Shown piece by piece: positions 1-10,648 of a stretch of 64,000 bases of DNA; position 1 is the first letter of the stretch, and every line of letters begins with the position of its first letter. Below the pieces are notes generated by a model that saw nothing but the letters and a program-made list of their open reading frames with translations, made no database searches and was not told the DNA's origin. Location: the NCBI RefSeq assembly GCF_036971445.1, contig NC_091473.1, positions 250,294,001 through 250,358,000 on the forward strand. The letters run 5' to 3'. The stretch is from Narcine bancroftii. Taxonomy: Eukaryota. The position numbers and the translations under genes were made by a program.

Positions 1-329
1 GATGTGGAGGCGTTGGAAAGGGTACAGAAGAGGATTACCAGAATGTTGCCTGGATTAGAAGCCATGAACAGTGAAATTTTGGAACGTGTCTTGAAAAAAT
101 GATTTGATGGATTTAAAGATGAAAAGATCCCCTGGGCCTGATGAGATGCATCCCAAGATCCCAACGTGTATCCCAGGTATTACCGATGGCTGCATTCCCT
201 GTAGATGTTCTCGATGGTGGGAGGGTTTTGCCTGTGCTGTGCTGTGCTGTGTTGAGAAGAAGAAGCAGAGGAGGTGACCCTTCAGGATATGTCAGTGAGG
301 GGGCTGAGTGGCTGAGAGTTCCACACAGG

Positions 330-572
330 CTATGGGCGGAAAGGCTTTGGGTGCTGAAGGCTTCCTGATTGTGTCAGAGGTTTGGATTTGGAGCTTGGTT
401 TGCCAATGGATTGAACAGGAAACTGTGTGGCTGTAGAGGCTGGAGGTGAATTCAAGGACACGCCAAGTGACACGACGGGTGACTGTCTCCCTTTTGGCAG
501 GCAGAATAGAAATTTGTGTCATATTACAGTTTCTGTTTTATTACAGGACAATAAAAGAATCTTCAATCTTGA
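330..572 (+). mobile_element. 3' fragment of an unclassified non-coding interspersed repeat with an AATAAA...ATCTTGA-type tail
   Basis: GCTGAAGGCTTCCTGATTGTGTCAGAGGTTTGGATTTGGAGC resembles 46511-46552. The tail CAATAAAAGAATCTTCAATCTTGA resembles the reverse complement of ~25810-25835. Confidence 0.5.
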
Positions 573-1781
573 TGTAAAAATCCCATGGCATTGATCCAGA
601 GAGATTGCCAATACTCATCAAAAACCACAAAAACAAATTATTTTCCCATGATCATGTAACTGTTTGTGAAAGATTCCTGTTTTTCCAAAATTACACAAAG
701 CTTCAAAAGCTGCATCTTCAGGTGCATGTTGCTTGGGGCATCCTATTAGATTTTATGAAACGTTTTGGACAGGTCTGGAGGAGATTCTAAAATGCCAGGC
801 CTGGAGTTTTGAAAGCACAACTGATAATTGTGGAGTGATCCAATCTGATTTTGGAGTCCTGAATTCAAGAGTGCAGAGTGGTAGGACTGGAGGAGGTTCT
901 AGCAGGAGGGTGGGACATCAAATGTGCCCTCTTCCTTATTCCATACTTACATTAACGGGACTCTTTTGTGTCATGTGGGGATTCTCCTTCTCAATGACTT
1001 GCATAACACGTTTTTCATTAAATGAGTTCTTCAAAATGTCTCTTCTGCCTTGTTCCTCAGGATGCTTTAATAAATATGATCTGCTACAGAAGAACCCATT
1101 TGTAACCATCACAGTTAATAGTTCAGGGAGAAGGGAAAAAAAGACAAAGAATTAGTTTTGAATTTCAATTAAGACCCAGGATTTAAAATCCTTCAAAACT
1201 TACTGGGGGTGTAGGTCAATTGGGTACATATGGGCTGGCACAGTTTCATGTGCCGAAATGGCCTTTTACTGTTTAAAAAAATTAAAATTTATGTCAGACT
1301 TCTGGGTTGAGCACATTTTCAAGCCCATGTGAACTTACTCACGAAGCCTTTGTTTTGCTGTTTGTACTCGAAAGTTCTTCATCAGACTGATGAGATGTTA
1401 TCTTCATGTGTTCTGGATGGAGATGAAGCAGATTCACGTAGCTAAGACATCGAGACAATAGACTGCACAGCACTGACCAACCAGAACAAGCTGCCCACCA
1501 TTATGGATGCTGCCATTACAGCAAGTCGTACAAGATCATGGAGTGGTGGGTCAGAATGACCGAAAATCAATCATCCCCCAGGGATTAAATTGTGACTCCC
1601 TCCTCACCACCCACCACTGGCATGTCCTGCATTAACCCATCAGTGAGAGCAACTAAATCAGTCCCTTTTAAAACCAGTCATGAATTAGCAATTAAAAGCT
1701 GATTCACTAGCTTCATCGTAAAGTCATAGAATGCAGAAACAGGCCTTTCAGCCATCTGTATCCATGCTAACCACTGAATAC

Positions 1782-2594
1782 TGTTGGAACCAAGGGGTTA
1801 ATTAATCATAGAAAATATGTAGAATATATGCTTATGTACCATTCAGTTTGTATACATGAATCCAGTACTATGTAACAATTTAATATTTACCTCATGGTGA
1901 AGGGAAGAGTAATGTAAGTAAGGGGCAGCCACAGTATGTAGCAAAGTTGGCTGATTATAGTAGGTTTAGAATTGCCTGCTCCCCAAATACAAAAGAGAGG
2001 ATATGTATGAAACAATTTAATAGGAATGTTAAGGCAAAAGGAGGTGTTGATTAGCACAGGAGATGATGGCCAGACAAGAACAAAGAGAATCCTGACAGAG
2101 ACTGTCAGAAACAAAGAGAATGGAAACTAACTCAGTAAGAAGGCTAAGACAGAAGGAGGTGTTGAGTAGAACAGAAGAATATGGCCAGATGAGAACAAAG
2201 AAATAATTAGAAATATCTGGGGTATGAATTGATTTCTGATCAAAACAACAGGATATTTTGGCCTTGAGGATTAAGATGGGAGCTCTACACCCCAGATCTG
2301 CAGAGCAGGAAATTACTTGTGATACACCTTATGCAAGAAATCTAGCAAAAAAAGCCAACTTTTGTTCTGTATGATAAGGTTGAGCTATATAAACTGTAGA
2401 GACTGGGCAGTAGAGGTCAGTCTTGGGGAATATCTCACTCTGCAGGTGACCTATGAACTAACGACTGAACCAGAGCTCTGTTAAGCTTTATTCTTGTGCT
2501 GTGTAATAAACTGATTGTTCAACCGAATACCTTCTCCTATCACTTCATTTAACAAACACGCTGGACTCAGACGACACATAGCCAGAGTCCAACA
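1782..2594 (+). repeat. ERV-A 5' LTR
   Basis: Starts TGTTGGA and ends TCCAACA (7-bp terminal inverted repeat). TATATAAA 2386-2393, AATAAA 2505-2510. Aligns with 7164-8043. Confidence 0.95.
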
Positions 2595-2597
2595 ATT

Positions 2598-2615
2598 TGG
2601 TGACCCCAACGTGAT
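2598..2615 (+). promoter_or_regulatory. Primer-binding site, tRNA-Trp
   Basis: TGGTGACCCCAACGTGAT, 17/18 identical to the canonical tRNA-Trp PBS TGGTGACCCCGACGTGAT, 3 nt after the LTR end. Confidence 0.9.
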
Positions 2616-2815
2616 GAAGATGGAGAAGTGACGGAAGAGAAAGAGACAAAACAACGGTCGATTGTGGTGTGGTGATAACAACAAGTGGCCACTCAACAAA
2701 AGGAGGTAAGCAGACGTCTGTTTAAACGAAGTTCTGCGATTGGCAATGATAAAATTGTGTGTTGTCACTACTCTGCGAAAGTCCTAGTAGAAGCCAAGGA
2801 ATAAAGCTTAAAAAA

Positions 2816-3018
2816 CCAGGGGTTAGAGTCCCCTGGAGAAACAGGGGTTAGAGTCCCCTGAAAAACCCAGGGGTTAGAGTCCCCTGGAGAAAACGGGGGT
2901 TAGAGGCTCCCTAGAGAAACAGGGGTTAGAGGCCCGTGAAAAAACAGGGGTTTGACTCCCCTGGAATAAAAATGGGGGTTAGAGTCCCCCTAGAGAAATA
3001 GGGGTTAGAGTCCCCTAT
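2816..3018 (+). repeat. Array of 8 stem-loops (GGGG-TTAGAGT-CCCC) in the ERV-A leader
   Basis: Units of about 25 bp, e.g. CCAGGGG TTAGAGT CCCCTGG and ATAGGGG TTAGAGT CCCCTAT, separated by A-rich spacers. Confidence 0.9.
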
Positions 3019-3284
3019 TAGAGACATAGATATAAAAGTTAGCGTTCTTGGTCAAATAGATTTAGTGAACATATTGAATAATAGTTACATTTTTTAGTAG
3101 TGTGCTAAGTTTTCCTTGTTCAGTATTGTATAATAGTTACTTGTTTTAGTATTGTGATAAGTTTTCCTTTTGTGTTTGTAGGAAAGTGTGAAGGTTCAAG
3201 GTAAATTGACGGGGGGTCGAAATTCTATCAGGTGAGAGACTGATTGAATTACGAGGTCTGAAGGGAAAAAGATAGGAACGTAAG

Positions 3285-3977
3285 ATGGAAGGAGAGGAAT
3301 GTCAGGAGTATGGGGGATGTGGATGGATTCCTCCATCTGTAAACCAGCAGTGGGAAAAAACAAGGAGTCAATTAATGGGTGGACTACCGAAGAGAGAGGA
3401 AGTAAAGGCTATGAAACAGTACGATCAGATATGGAAAGAGCTGGAGAGTCAGAAGGTGCCGCTAGGATTAGGAAAAATCAGGCTTGTATCGTACTTAGGA
3501 GAAGCCGAAAGGGAGGCGAAAAAGGAGGTACAGGAACATGAGAAAAAGGGACAAGGGTCTATCTTGAATAGAAGAAAATTTAAACAACAGAAGGAAGCGA
3601 AGGAACAGAGGAGGGGAAATTTACATAATATGACATTGGCTTGCATAGGTGTGGAAACAAACCTTCAGCATGCTACTAAAAAGGCATCCCCTATCACAAA
3701 GGAGAAAACGGGGGAGGAGATGACAGGGGAGGTTAAGCCATCAGCCCCACTCTATCCAAAGTTACCCGAAACGTTGCCACCACCTTATCCGATTCCCAAG
3801 ATGCCAGCAATGCAGATAAATGAGGGAATAGTGAATGTCACTGAATTAGCAGGTCACGAACTCCAGGAGGCGAAAGAGAGACTTAAAGTAGCTGTGCAGG
3901 AAAGGGTGGAGACAATAAAGGAATTGACGAAGGGAATACAGAACGATGCATGTAAAGTAGGGGAAACTAGTATGTGA
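3285..3977 (+). pseudogene. gag: ERV-A gag N-terminal remnant
   Basis: 230-aa ORF after the leader with late-domain-like PSAP/LYPKL/PPPY motifs. No capsid or zinc knuckle follows. Confidence 0.75.
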
Positions 3978-4004
3978 CTGGAAAAAACAAATGAGAGAGA
4001 GCAA

Positions 4005-6721
4005 GAACAGCTGGGGGGCCTAGTACTGCCAAGTGGGGTAGTTCTGATCCAGTACGTAGATGACATCTTATTGGCAGCACCTGAGCCTGTCTCCTGTTTG
4101 GAGGCCACAAGGCTCCTGCTAATGCAGCTGTTCAAGGCAGGTTTTAAAGTCTCTCGTTTAAAGTTGCAATGTTGCAGACAAGTGGTCTCCTTTTTAGGAA
4201 GAATGGTCTCAGCAAAAGGTACAGGGATATCCCCTGTGCATCGAACAGCGATACTACATCATCCAAAACCAAAGACAGTTAAGGAAATGCTTTCATTTTT
4301 GGGCTTGACGGGTTACAGTAGGCAGTTTATCCATCGTATGGTGAGTTGACACATCCACTGCGAACTTTAGTGAATGGGCAGGGGATGAGGAATCTGGGAG
4401 CTACACTTGATTGGATTGCACAGGCTGAGCAGGGGGTGAGGAATCTGGGAACTACACTTGATTGGACTGCACAGGCTGAGCAGGGGATGAGGAATCTGGG
4501 AACTACACTTGATTGGACTGCACAGGCTGAGATGAGTTTTATTCTACTTAAGCAAGCTCTTACAACTGCTATAGATTTGGCGATTCCAAATTATTCTTTT
4601 TGAATGTTTCTGAAAAAGCACACACGATTGTTGGTGTCCTTTTTCAGAAAAAAGAGGGTGGAAGAAGTGTGCTCATGTATGTGAGTATAACACTAGATCC
4701 GACTGAAGACAGACACCCACCATGTACGAGACATGCAGCAGGGGTAGCAAAGATTTTACAAGAGGTGGCACACATAGTAATGGGACATGCCCTGACGGTA
4801 TTAACAACACACAGTATTGTAGCATTTGTGAGCTCAGCACCGTTTACAATGACGTCACTGAGGCAGGCGAGACTGGAAAAGATCCTGAATGCTCCAAATA
4901 TTACGTTTACCCATGAAGGCATTAACATGGCAGACAATATGGGAGAGGGAGAACCACACTGTGTGAAAAGAGAGTTCTAAGGGATATTAAAATAAGACCT
5001 GATTTACAGGCTTCACCCTTGAGAGAACCAGATGAAACCTTATTTACAGATGCCTTTTTAGTAGCATCCAACGGACAGATTAAAAGCCGCCTATGCGGTA
5101 GTATGGAAAACTGCAGAAGGATTTGAAGAAATTATTACAGGGACAATGAGAGGAAAGGGGTAGCACAACTGGCTGAACTACAGGGAATGATAGCAGCATT
5201 AGAATGGGCAGAAGGAAAGGAGGTAAATATATATACAGATTTGGCATATGTGGTAGGAACAATACAGGTTGAGCTTAGTCAATGGATTAGAAGTGGGTTT
5301 TTAACAGCAGCAAGCACCCCAATTAAACACGAGAAGGATGTTAGGAAATTGGCTGAGGCCCTCCTGAAACCGAGGGCACTAGCAGTTATTAAATGTAAGG
5401 GCCATGATAAAAACAGATACGATGGTAGCTCGGGGAAATCAGGAAGCGGACACGGCCACAAAAAGGGCAGCAGAGTACAGCCCTCAGTTTATTATGATGG
5501 AGGCAGATAGAATGGCACATGACTTATTGCCACCTTGTGAGGTAGGAGTAATAATTCAGGAACAAGCGCAGGCATCACCCCAGGGAATGATGGTATGGAA
5601 AGAAAGTGAGGCAACCGAAGATCAAGGACTGTGGAGATCAATGGACAGTAGGCCAGTATTACCATATGGACTCATGAAACCCCTCCTGGAGGAGGCGCAT
5701 GGGTTAACCCACTGTGGGAAGAAACAGATGATAAGGTATTTGGTACATTGGTGGCACCCCTTCCTGCCGGCAATGGTGGAGAATCATATCAGTGTAAGGT
5801 ATGTATGACATACCTTACATACATATGTATGACATACCTGACATACAGTCAAGGCGACTGTGAAACCTCACGAAGGACAGTTTCCGTTGCCTAAGTTACC
5901 AGGGCAGGAAATTGTAATTGTTTACACGGACATGATAGAGAGGGCAAGGGGATATCGCTACCTCTTAGTAGCAGTTGATGTGTTCACAGGTTGGCCTGAG
6001 GCAATCCCTGCCAAAAGAGAAGATGCAAAGACGGTAATTAAGTTCCTAATCAACCAGTAGATATACGGATTTCCTAGGAAGATCAGGTCAGATAATGGGA
6101 GTCATTTTAAGAGTAAAGATTTACAGGAGGTAGAAGCGATGTTAGGGTTAAAACATGCCTTTGGAACGGTGTATCATCCACAATCCCAAGGAAAAGTGGA
6201 GAGGATGAACCAAACAATAAAAGATAAGATCGGGAAAGTACAGGCACGGACCAAACTAAATTGAGTGGATGCGTTGCCCCTGGCATTGATGTCAATAAGG
6301 AGTTCGGTAAGTTATGTGACAGGATTTACTCCGTATGAACTGCAAACAGGGCACCAGTTTCCGGAACCTGAAGCCGGGATTCAGACCACGAAGGAAGAGG
6401 TAAGTCCAATGAAATGTAAGCTTTATTATGATAAACTAACGGCTCTGGTATCAGCTTTTTCACAACAGGTTACAAGAAACTGAACGGAAAGGTGAAACCC
6501 CAATACCATCAGCCGCGGAGTGGGATCTGCTAAAGGTGATCAAGAGAAAGTGGTCGGAGCCCAGGTGGACAGGACCCTACAGAGTGGTGGAGAGGATGTC
6601 CCACGTGGTTCGACTACTGGGAAAAGGAGAGACGTGGTTTCATTGGAGTCAGTGTACAGCAACGGACCCACCGACACGGACACTGGAACAGATTCGAACG
6701 GAGGTGACTGAGAACCTGTGA
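4005..6721 (+). pseudogene. pol: ERV-A pol remnant (RT C-terminal half, tether, RNase H, integrase), frameshifted with stops
   Basis: QYVDD at 4050-4064; FLGLTGY; RNase H IYTD...KCKGH...GNQEAD; integrase HGLTHCG/WWHP, SDNG-like core, [10 protein letters not shown] and C-terminal WTGPY. Confidence 0.93.
4378..4531 (+). repeat. Triplicated 51-bp unit within ERV-A pol
   Basis: GCAGGGGATGAGGAATCTGGGA...GGCTGA at 4378, 4429 and 4480, encoding QGMRNLG(A/T)TLDW(I/T)AQAE three times. Confidence 0.95.
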
Positions 6722-6846
6722 AGCAACTACGGACCAAGAACTTTTTGAACGGGTCCCTTTAAAGAGACTATTGGATTACGGTGACTGTACATCAGTATTC
6801 GAAGTGATACATCTATATCGAAGTCAACAGAATTTAGGGGGCTGTG

Positions 6847-7150
6847 ATGAACGCTATGTGGGGACTATGGGTGATGTTACTCCTAGCCCTTGAAGGGTCT
6901 GGAGAAGGTAACAACTGTTCAAAGTGTTTGCGGTCAGCCTGGGGAGCCCATAATGAACCGGAACAGTACTTTGCAGATTGGACTAACTTTCCTGAACACT
7001 GTGTTGGGGCCCCCACTGGAAAGAAGTGTGTTCATAATGGCCAGGTTTATGAGGTTAAGTTTAATAAGGGGTCGTGGATGCCAGTCTTTGCCAAAACTCC
7101 TGAGGTCCCATAAGTTAACGGGTGGTTTGGTTGGTCTCATTTTCATGAGA
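6847..7150 (+). pseudogene. env: ERV-A env N-terminal remnant joined directly to the PPT
   Basis: Signal-peptide-like MNAMWGLWVMLLLALEG plus a Cys-containing segment, in env position. No TM or ISD before the 3' LTR. Confidence 0.65.
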
Positions 7151-7163
7151 CCAAAAGGGGGAC

Positions 7164-8043
7164 TGTTGGAACCAAGGGGTTAATTAATCATAGAAAATAT
7201 GTAGAATATATGCTTATGTACCATTCAGTTTGTATACTTGAATCCAGTACTATGTAACAATTTAATATTTACCTCATGGTGAAGAGAAAGAGTAATGTAA
7301 GTAAGGGGCAGCCACAGTATGTAGCAAAGTTGACTGATTACAGTAGGTTTAGAATTGCCTGCTCCCCAAATACAAAAGAGAGGATATGTATGAAACAATT
7401 TAGTAGGAATGTTAAGGCAAAAGGAGGTGTTGATTAGCACAGGAGATGATGGCCAGACAAACAAAGAGAATCCTGACAGAGACTGTCAGAAACAAAAAGA
7501 ATGGAAACTAACTCAGTAAGAAGGCTAAGACAGAAGGAGGTGTTGAGTAGAACAGAAGAATATGGCCAGATGAGAACAAAGAAATAATTAGAAATATCTG
7601 GGGTATTGAATTGATTTCTGATCAAAACAACAGGATATTCTGGCCCTGAGGATTAAGATGGGAGCTCTACACCCCAGATATCTGCAGAGCAGGAAATTAC
7701 TTGTGATAAATCTTATGCAAGAAATCTAGCAAAGAAAGCCAACTTTTGTTCTGTATGATAATGAAATCTAGCAAAGGAAGCCAACTTTTGTTCTGTATGA
7801 TAAGGTTGAGCTATATAAACTGTAGAGACTGGACAGTAAAGGTCAGTCTTGGGGAATAGCTCACTCTGCAGGTGACCTATGAACTAACGACTGAACCAGA
7901 GCTCTGTTAAGCTTTATTCTTGTGCTGTGTAATAAACTGATTGTTGAACCGAATACCTTCTCCTATCACTTCATTTAACGAACACGCTGGACTCAGACCA
8001 CACATAGACTAAATTAAGGGTAGGGTAAAGCCAGAGTCCGACA
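7164..8043 (+). repeat. ERV-A 3' LTR
   Basis: TGTTGGAACC...GTCCGACA. Carries a ~42-bp duplication (7721-7803) and a 23-nt U5 segment absent from the 5' LTR. Confidence 0.95.
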
Positions 8044-8084
8044 GTACCAATCTACACTTGCTTTCTCAGTGATTCATATGCCTG

Positions 8085-8370
8085 TCAGAATCAGAAATAG
8101 AATTTATTGTCATGAACAAGCCACAAAATCCATTGTTTTGCAGCAGCGTCAAGGAGAAACATTCATATAAACCACCTAACAAAAAATAAATAAAAATAGT
8201 GCACGAAAAGTCAAGGTAAGGCAGTGTCTTTGGTTCACTGACTATTCGGGAATCTGATGGCAGACGGGAAGAAGCTGTCCTTGTGCTGCTGAGGGCTCGT
8301 CTTCAGGCTCCTGTAGCTTTTTCCCGAGAGTGTAGAGGGCATGACCGAGGTAGTAGGGGTCCTTGACAAG
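8085..8370 (-). mobile_element. Rex/Babar-type LINE 3' fragment
   Basis: (TTCTGA)n tail plus AATAAA on the - strand. Homologous to 25040-25330 and 50420-50910. Confidence 0.65.
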
Positions 8371-9264
8371 AGCGTTCAATGCAGCGGGGTGGGGAAAACA
8401 ATATTTCTTTTAAGTTGCACGTTGTGTGATTTGTGCTAACTGTTTATTGTCGATGACAAAGACTTTTTTATTAGAAATTTGGACGTGTTTTTATCTGTGT
8501 AAAGTTACAGGCAAATCAACCCCTCTGCCCCCCACCTTATCCAAAGAGTCCCCATACACCCATGCCTTGAGGATAGAGGCTGCTTTCTTAAGGCACAGTT
8601 TCTTGTAGATGTGTTTGATGGAACCCGAGATGTCGTAAGCCAAGTTAACAACCCTATGGAGGTTTCTCTTGTTCAATGCTTCTTAATTTCAGTGTCTCTG
8701 TCTCCACCTTTCACTCAAGCAAATGTGTTCCAGACTCCAAACTCAGCCTGGATGGAAACATTCTTCCTTAAATCTATCCAAAAATGTTTACTCCTTTTTA
8801 AACCTCTACCTTGTGATTTTAGGCACCTCTGCCATCAGATCCGCACTGTTCATGATTTAGTGCACCTCTATCCAGTCCTCCTCATCCCCTCCCCCCTGCT
8901 CTGCTCTGAGGTAAACAAGCCCAACCTGTCTTGTCTCAGAAATTCTCTGTCCAAGGAAGCAGGAGAGGCTGCCTATTTGAACATATTTAAGACACAAAGA
9001 GATACATTTCTGATGAATGAATGGTTAGTGGGAATAAGCGGGTAAGTGGAATGGAGCCCATGGCACATCAGCCATGATCTTGTTGAACGGCAGAGCAAGC
9101 TTGATGGGCCTGATGGCGGACATCTGCTCCCATTATGTTCTTGTGTTCTCATAACTGAAACCCTCAATTCCAGGCAGAATTCCAGTGAGTCGCCTCTCTA
9201 TCCTCTGTCATACAATCATTTCCTTTCTTGTGAATGGCAACCAGAACTGCACTTGCTTGCTTTG

Positions 9265-9730
9265 GCTTTACCAGTGTTTCGTGAACTGAGTTACAGGGAA
9301 AGATTAAACATGTTAGAACTTTATTCCCTGGACTGTAGAAGAACAAGGGGAGATTTGATAGAGGTATTTAAAATTATCAGGGGGACAGACAGAGTAGATG
9401 TAGGTCGGCTTTTTCCACTGAGGGTCACTGAGATACAAACCAGAGTACTTGTGTTAAGGGTGAAGAGGGAAAAGTTCAGGGGGAACATGAGGGAGAACCT
9501 CATCACACAAAGAGTGGTGGGAGTGTGGAATAAGCTGCCAGCTGAAGTGGTGAATGCAGGGACAATTTTAACATTTAAGAAGAATTTGAGCAGGTTCATG
9601 GATGGAGAAGTATAGAAGGCTATGGACTGGGTGCAAGTCAGTGGGACTAGGCAAAAAAAAATGATTTGGAACAGACTAGAAGGGCCAAAGGGGCCTGTAT
9701 CATTGCTTCAATGTTCTATAGTTCTAAGTT
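9265..9730 (+). mobile_element. CR1 LINE 3' fragment
   Basis: Encodes LSYRERLNMLELYSL..RR.RGDLIEVFKII...F..QRVV..WN.LP (CR1 ORF2 C-terminus) and ends in TTCTA-type repeats. Confidence 0.85.
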
Positions 9731-10047
9731 GTACCATAACCACCCTACCCTTATATTCCATGGCTAGTCCATGGTATTGAGATCACCATACAACACTGAC
9801 AGCACTCACATCTTCCAAGCAACATTATAGATGTTGCAATCAGATCACTAATTATAATCTAGCAGTTTCTGCACAGCTGGATCCTGTCTCCTTTCTTCAC
9901 CTCATCTACAGGTGATGCCATGTTTAATTTTCCTTGTTCATCAAACTGAAGGTACTGGGAAGATCCACAAGGATGTTGTTGGGATTGCTGAAAACCAACT
10001 TACAATGAATTAGTCAGGCCTACTTTCCCTGGAGATAAGTAAGAGGT

Positions 10048-10628
10048 TGTGAGAGATGAGTAACACTGATCTAAAAGAAAAGTGAGAGATGAGTAAAACT
10101 AATATGAAAATATGAAGATGAGAAACTAGTGTAGATATATGTGTAATGAATAAAGCCAGAATGAATAGGATAAGAATAGATATTAGAATGTAGGAAGTAG
10201 AGTTAGTCTGAATAAGGTAAGGGTCTTCTAGCCTTTTAGACAGAATCAGCAAGTTCTGCATATGAAGAGGTTGTAGCCCTGAGAGTCGGGAAGGTGTGAA
10301 TTAGAACGAAGGCAGGGTGAATAAGGACAATAAGGATAATGACATGATGGGCACCGACAGGATACCCCCTGGTCCTCCAAGTTCACAGAAACAGCACGTA
10401 GGCAGACAGGATTGCCTAATGCCAAACTTATCCAGGAGGCAGAAGAATGTAAGGGGGAGGGTACTTCGAGACTGAAATAAACTGTATAAAAGTTGGGTGA
10501 GCCCCAGTGTATGTGTGTATTCCCAGGGTAAGGGGAAGCACCCAACTTTGCATTGTTGTCTAATAAATGTTCTTTGTTCTCAATTTTTGTCTCGAGCAAT
10601 TTCTGTGAAGGTATTTCTGTTTCTAACA
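10048..10628 (+). repeat. ERV-B 5' LTR
   Basis: TATAAAA 10485-10491, AATAAA 10562-10567. Near-identical to 17179-17731 apart from an extra ~33 nt at the start. Confidence 0.95.
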
Positions 10629-10630
10629 AA

Positions 10631-10648
10631 TGGGGGATCGTCCGGGAT
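10631..10648 (+). promoter_or_regulatory. Primer-binding site, tRNA-Pro
   Basis: TGGGGGATCGTCCGGGAT, 17/18 identical to the MLV tRNA-Pro PBS TGGGGGCTCGTCCGGGAT. Confidence 0.92.

Larger units (their letters stand above)
1782..8043 (+). mobile_element. ERV-A: internally deleted endogenous retrovirus provirus (class I, tentatively epsilon-related fish type)
   Basis: Two homologous LTRs (TGTTGGA...CA), PBS, gag/pol/env remnants, PPT AAAAGGGGGA at ~7153-7162. Flanks ATAC (1778-1781) and GTAC (8044-8047) form a 4-bp TSD with one mismatch. Confidence 0.95.

Noticed and set aside
733-1155. 140-aa ORF
   Set aside because: Non-ATG start, no recognisable domain and no convincing exon context.
1887-2114. 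Recurring short antisense ORFs in LTR-A copies
   Set aside because: They are short, have no reliable start, and their ends differ by frameshift between copies.
2816-3018. tRNA genes or a mini-CRISPR
   Set aside because: Only T-arm-like hairpins are present, with no acceptor, D or anticodon arms. Spacers are a few A-rich bases.
8611-9260. ORFs 8611-9045 and the first part of 9046-9615 as host genes
   Set aside because: Chance read-through of adjoining CR1 and other repeat fragments.
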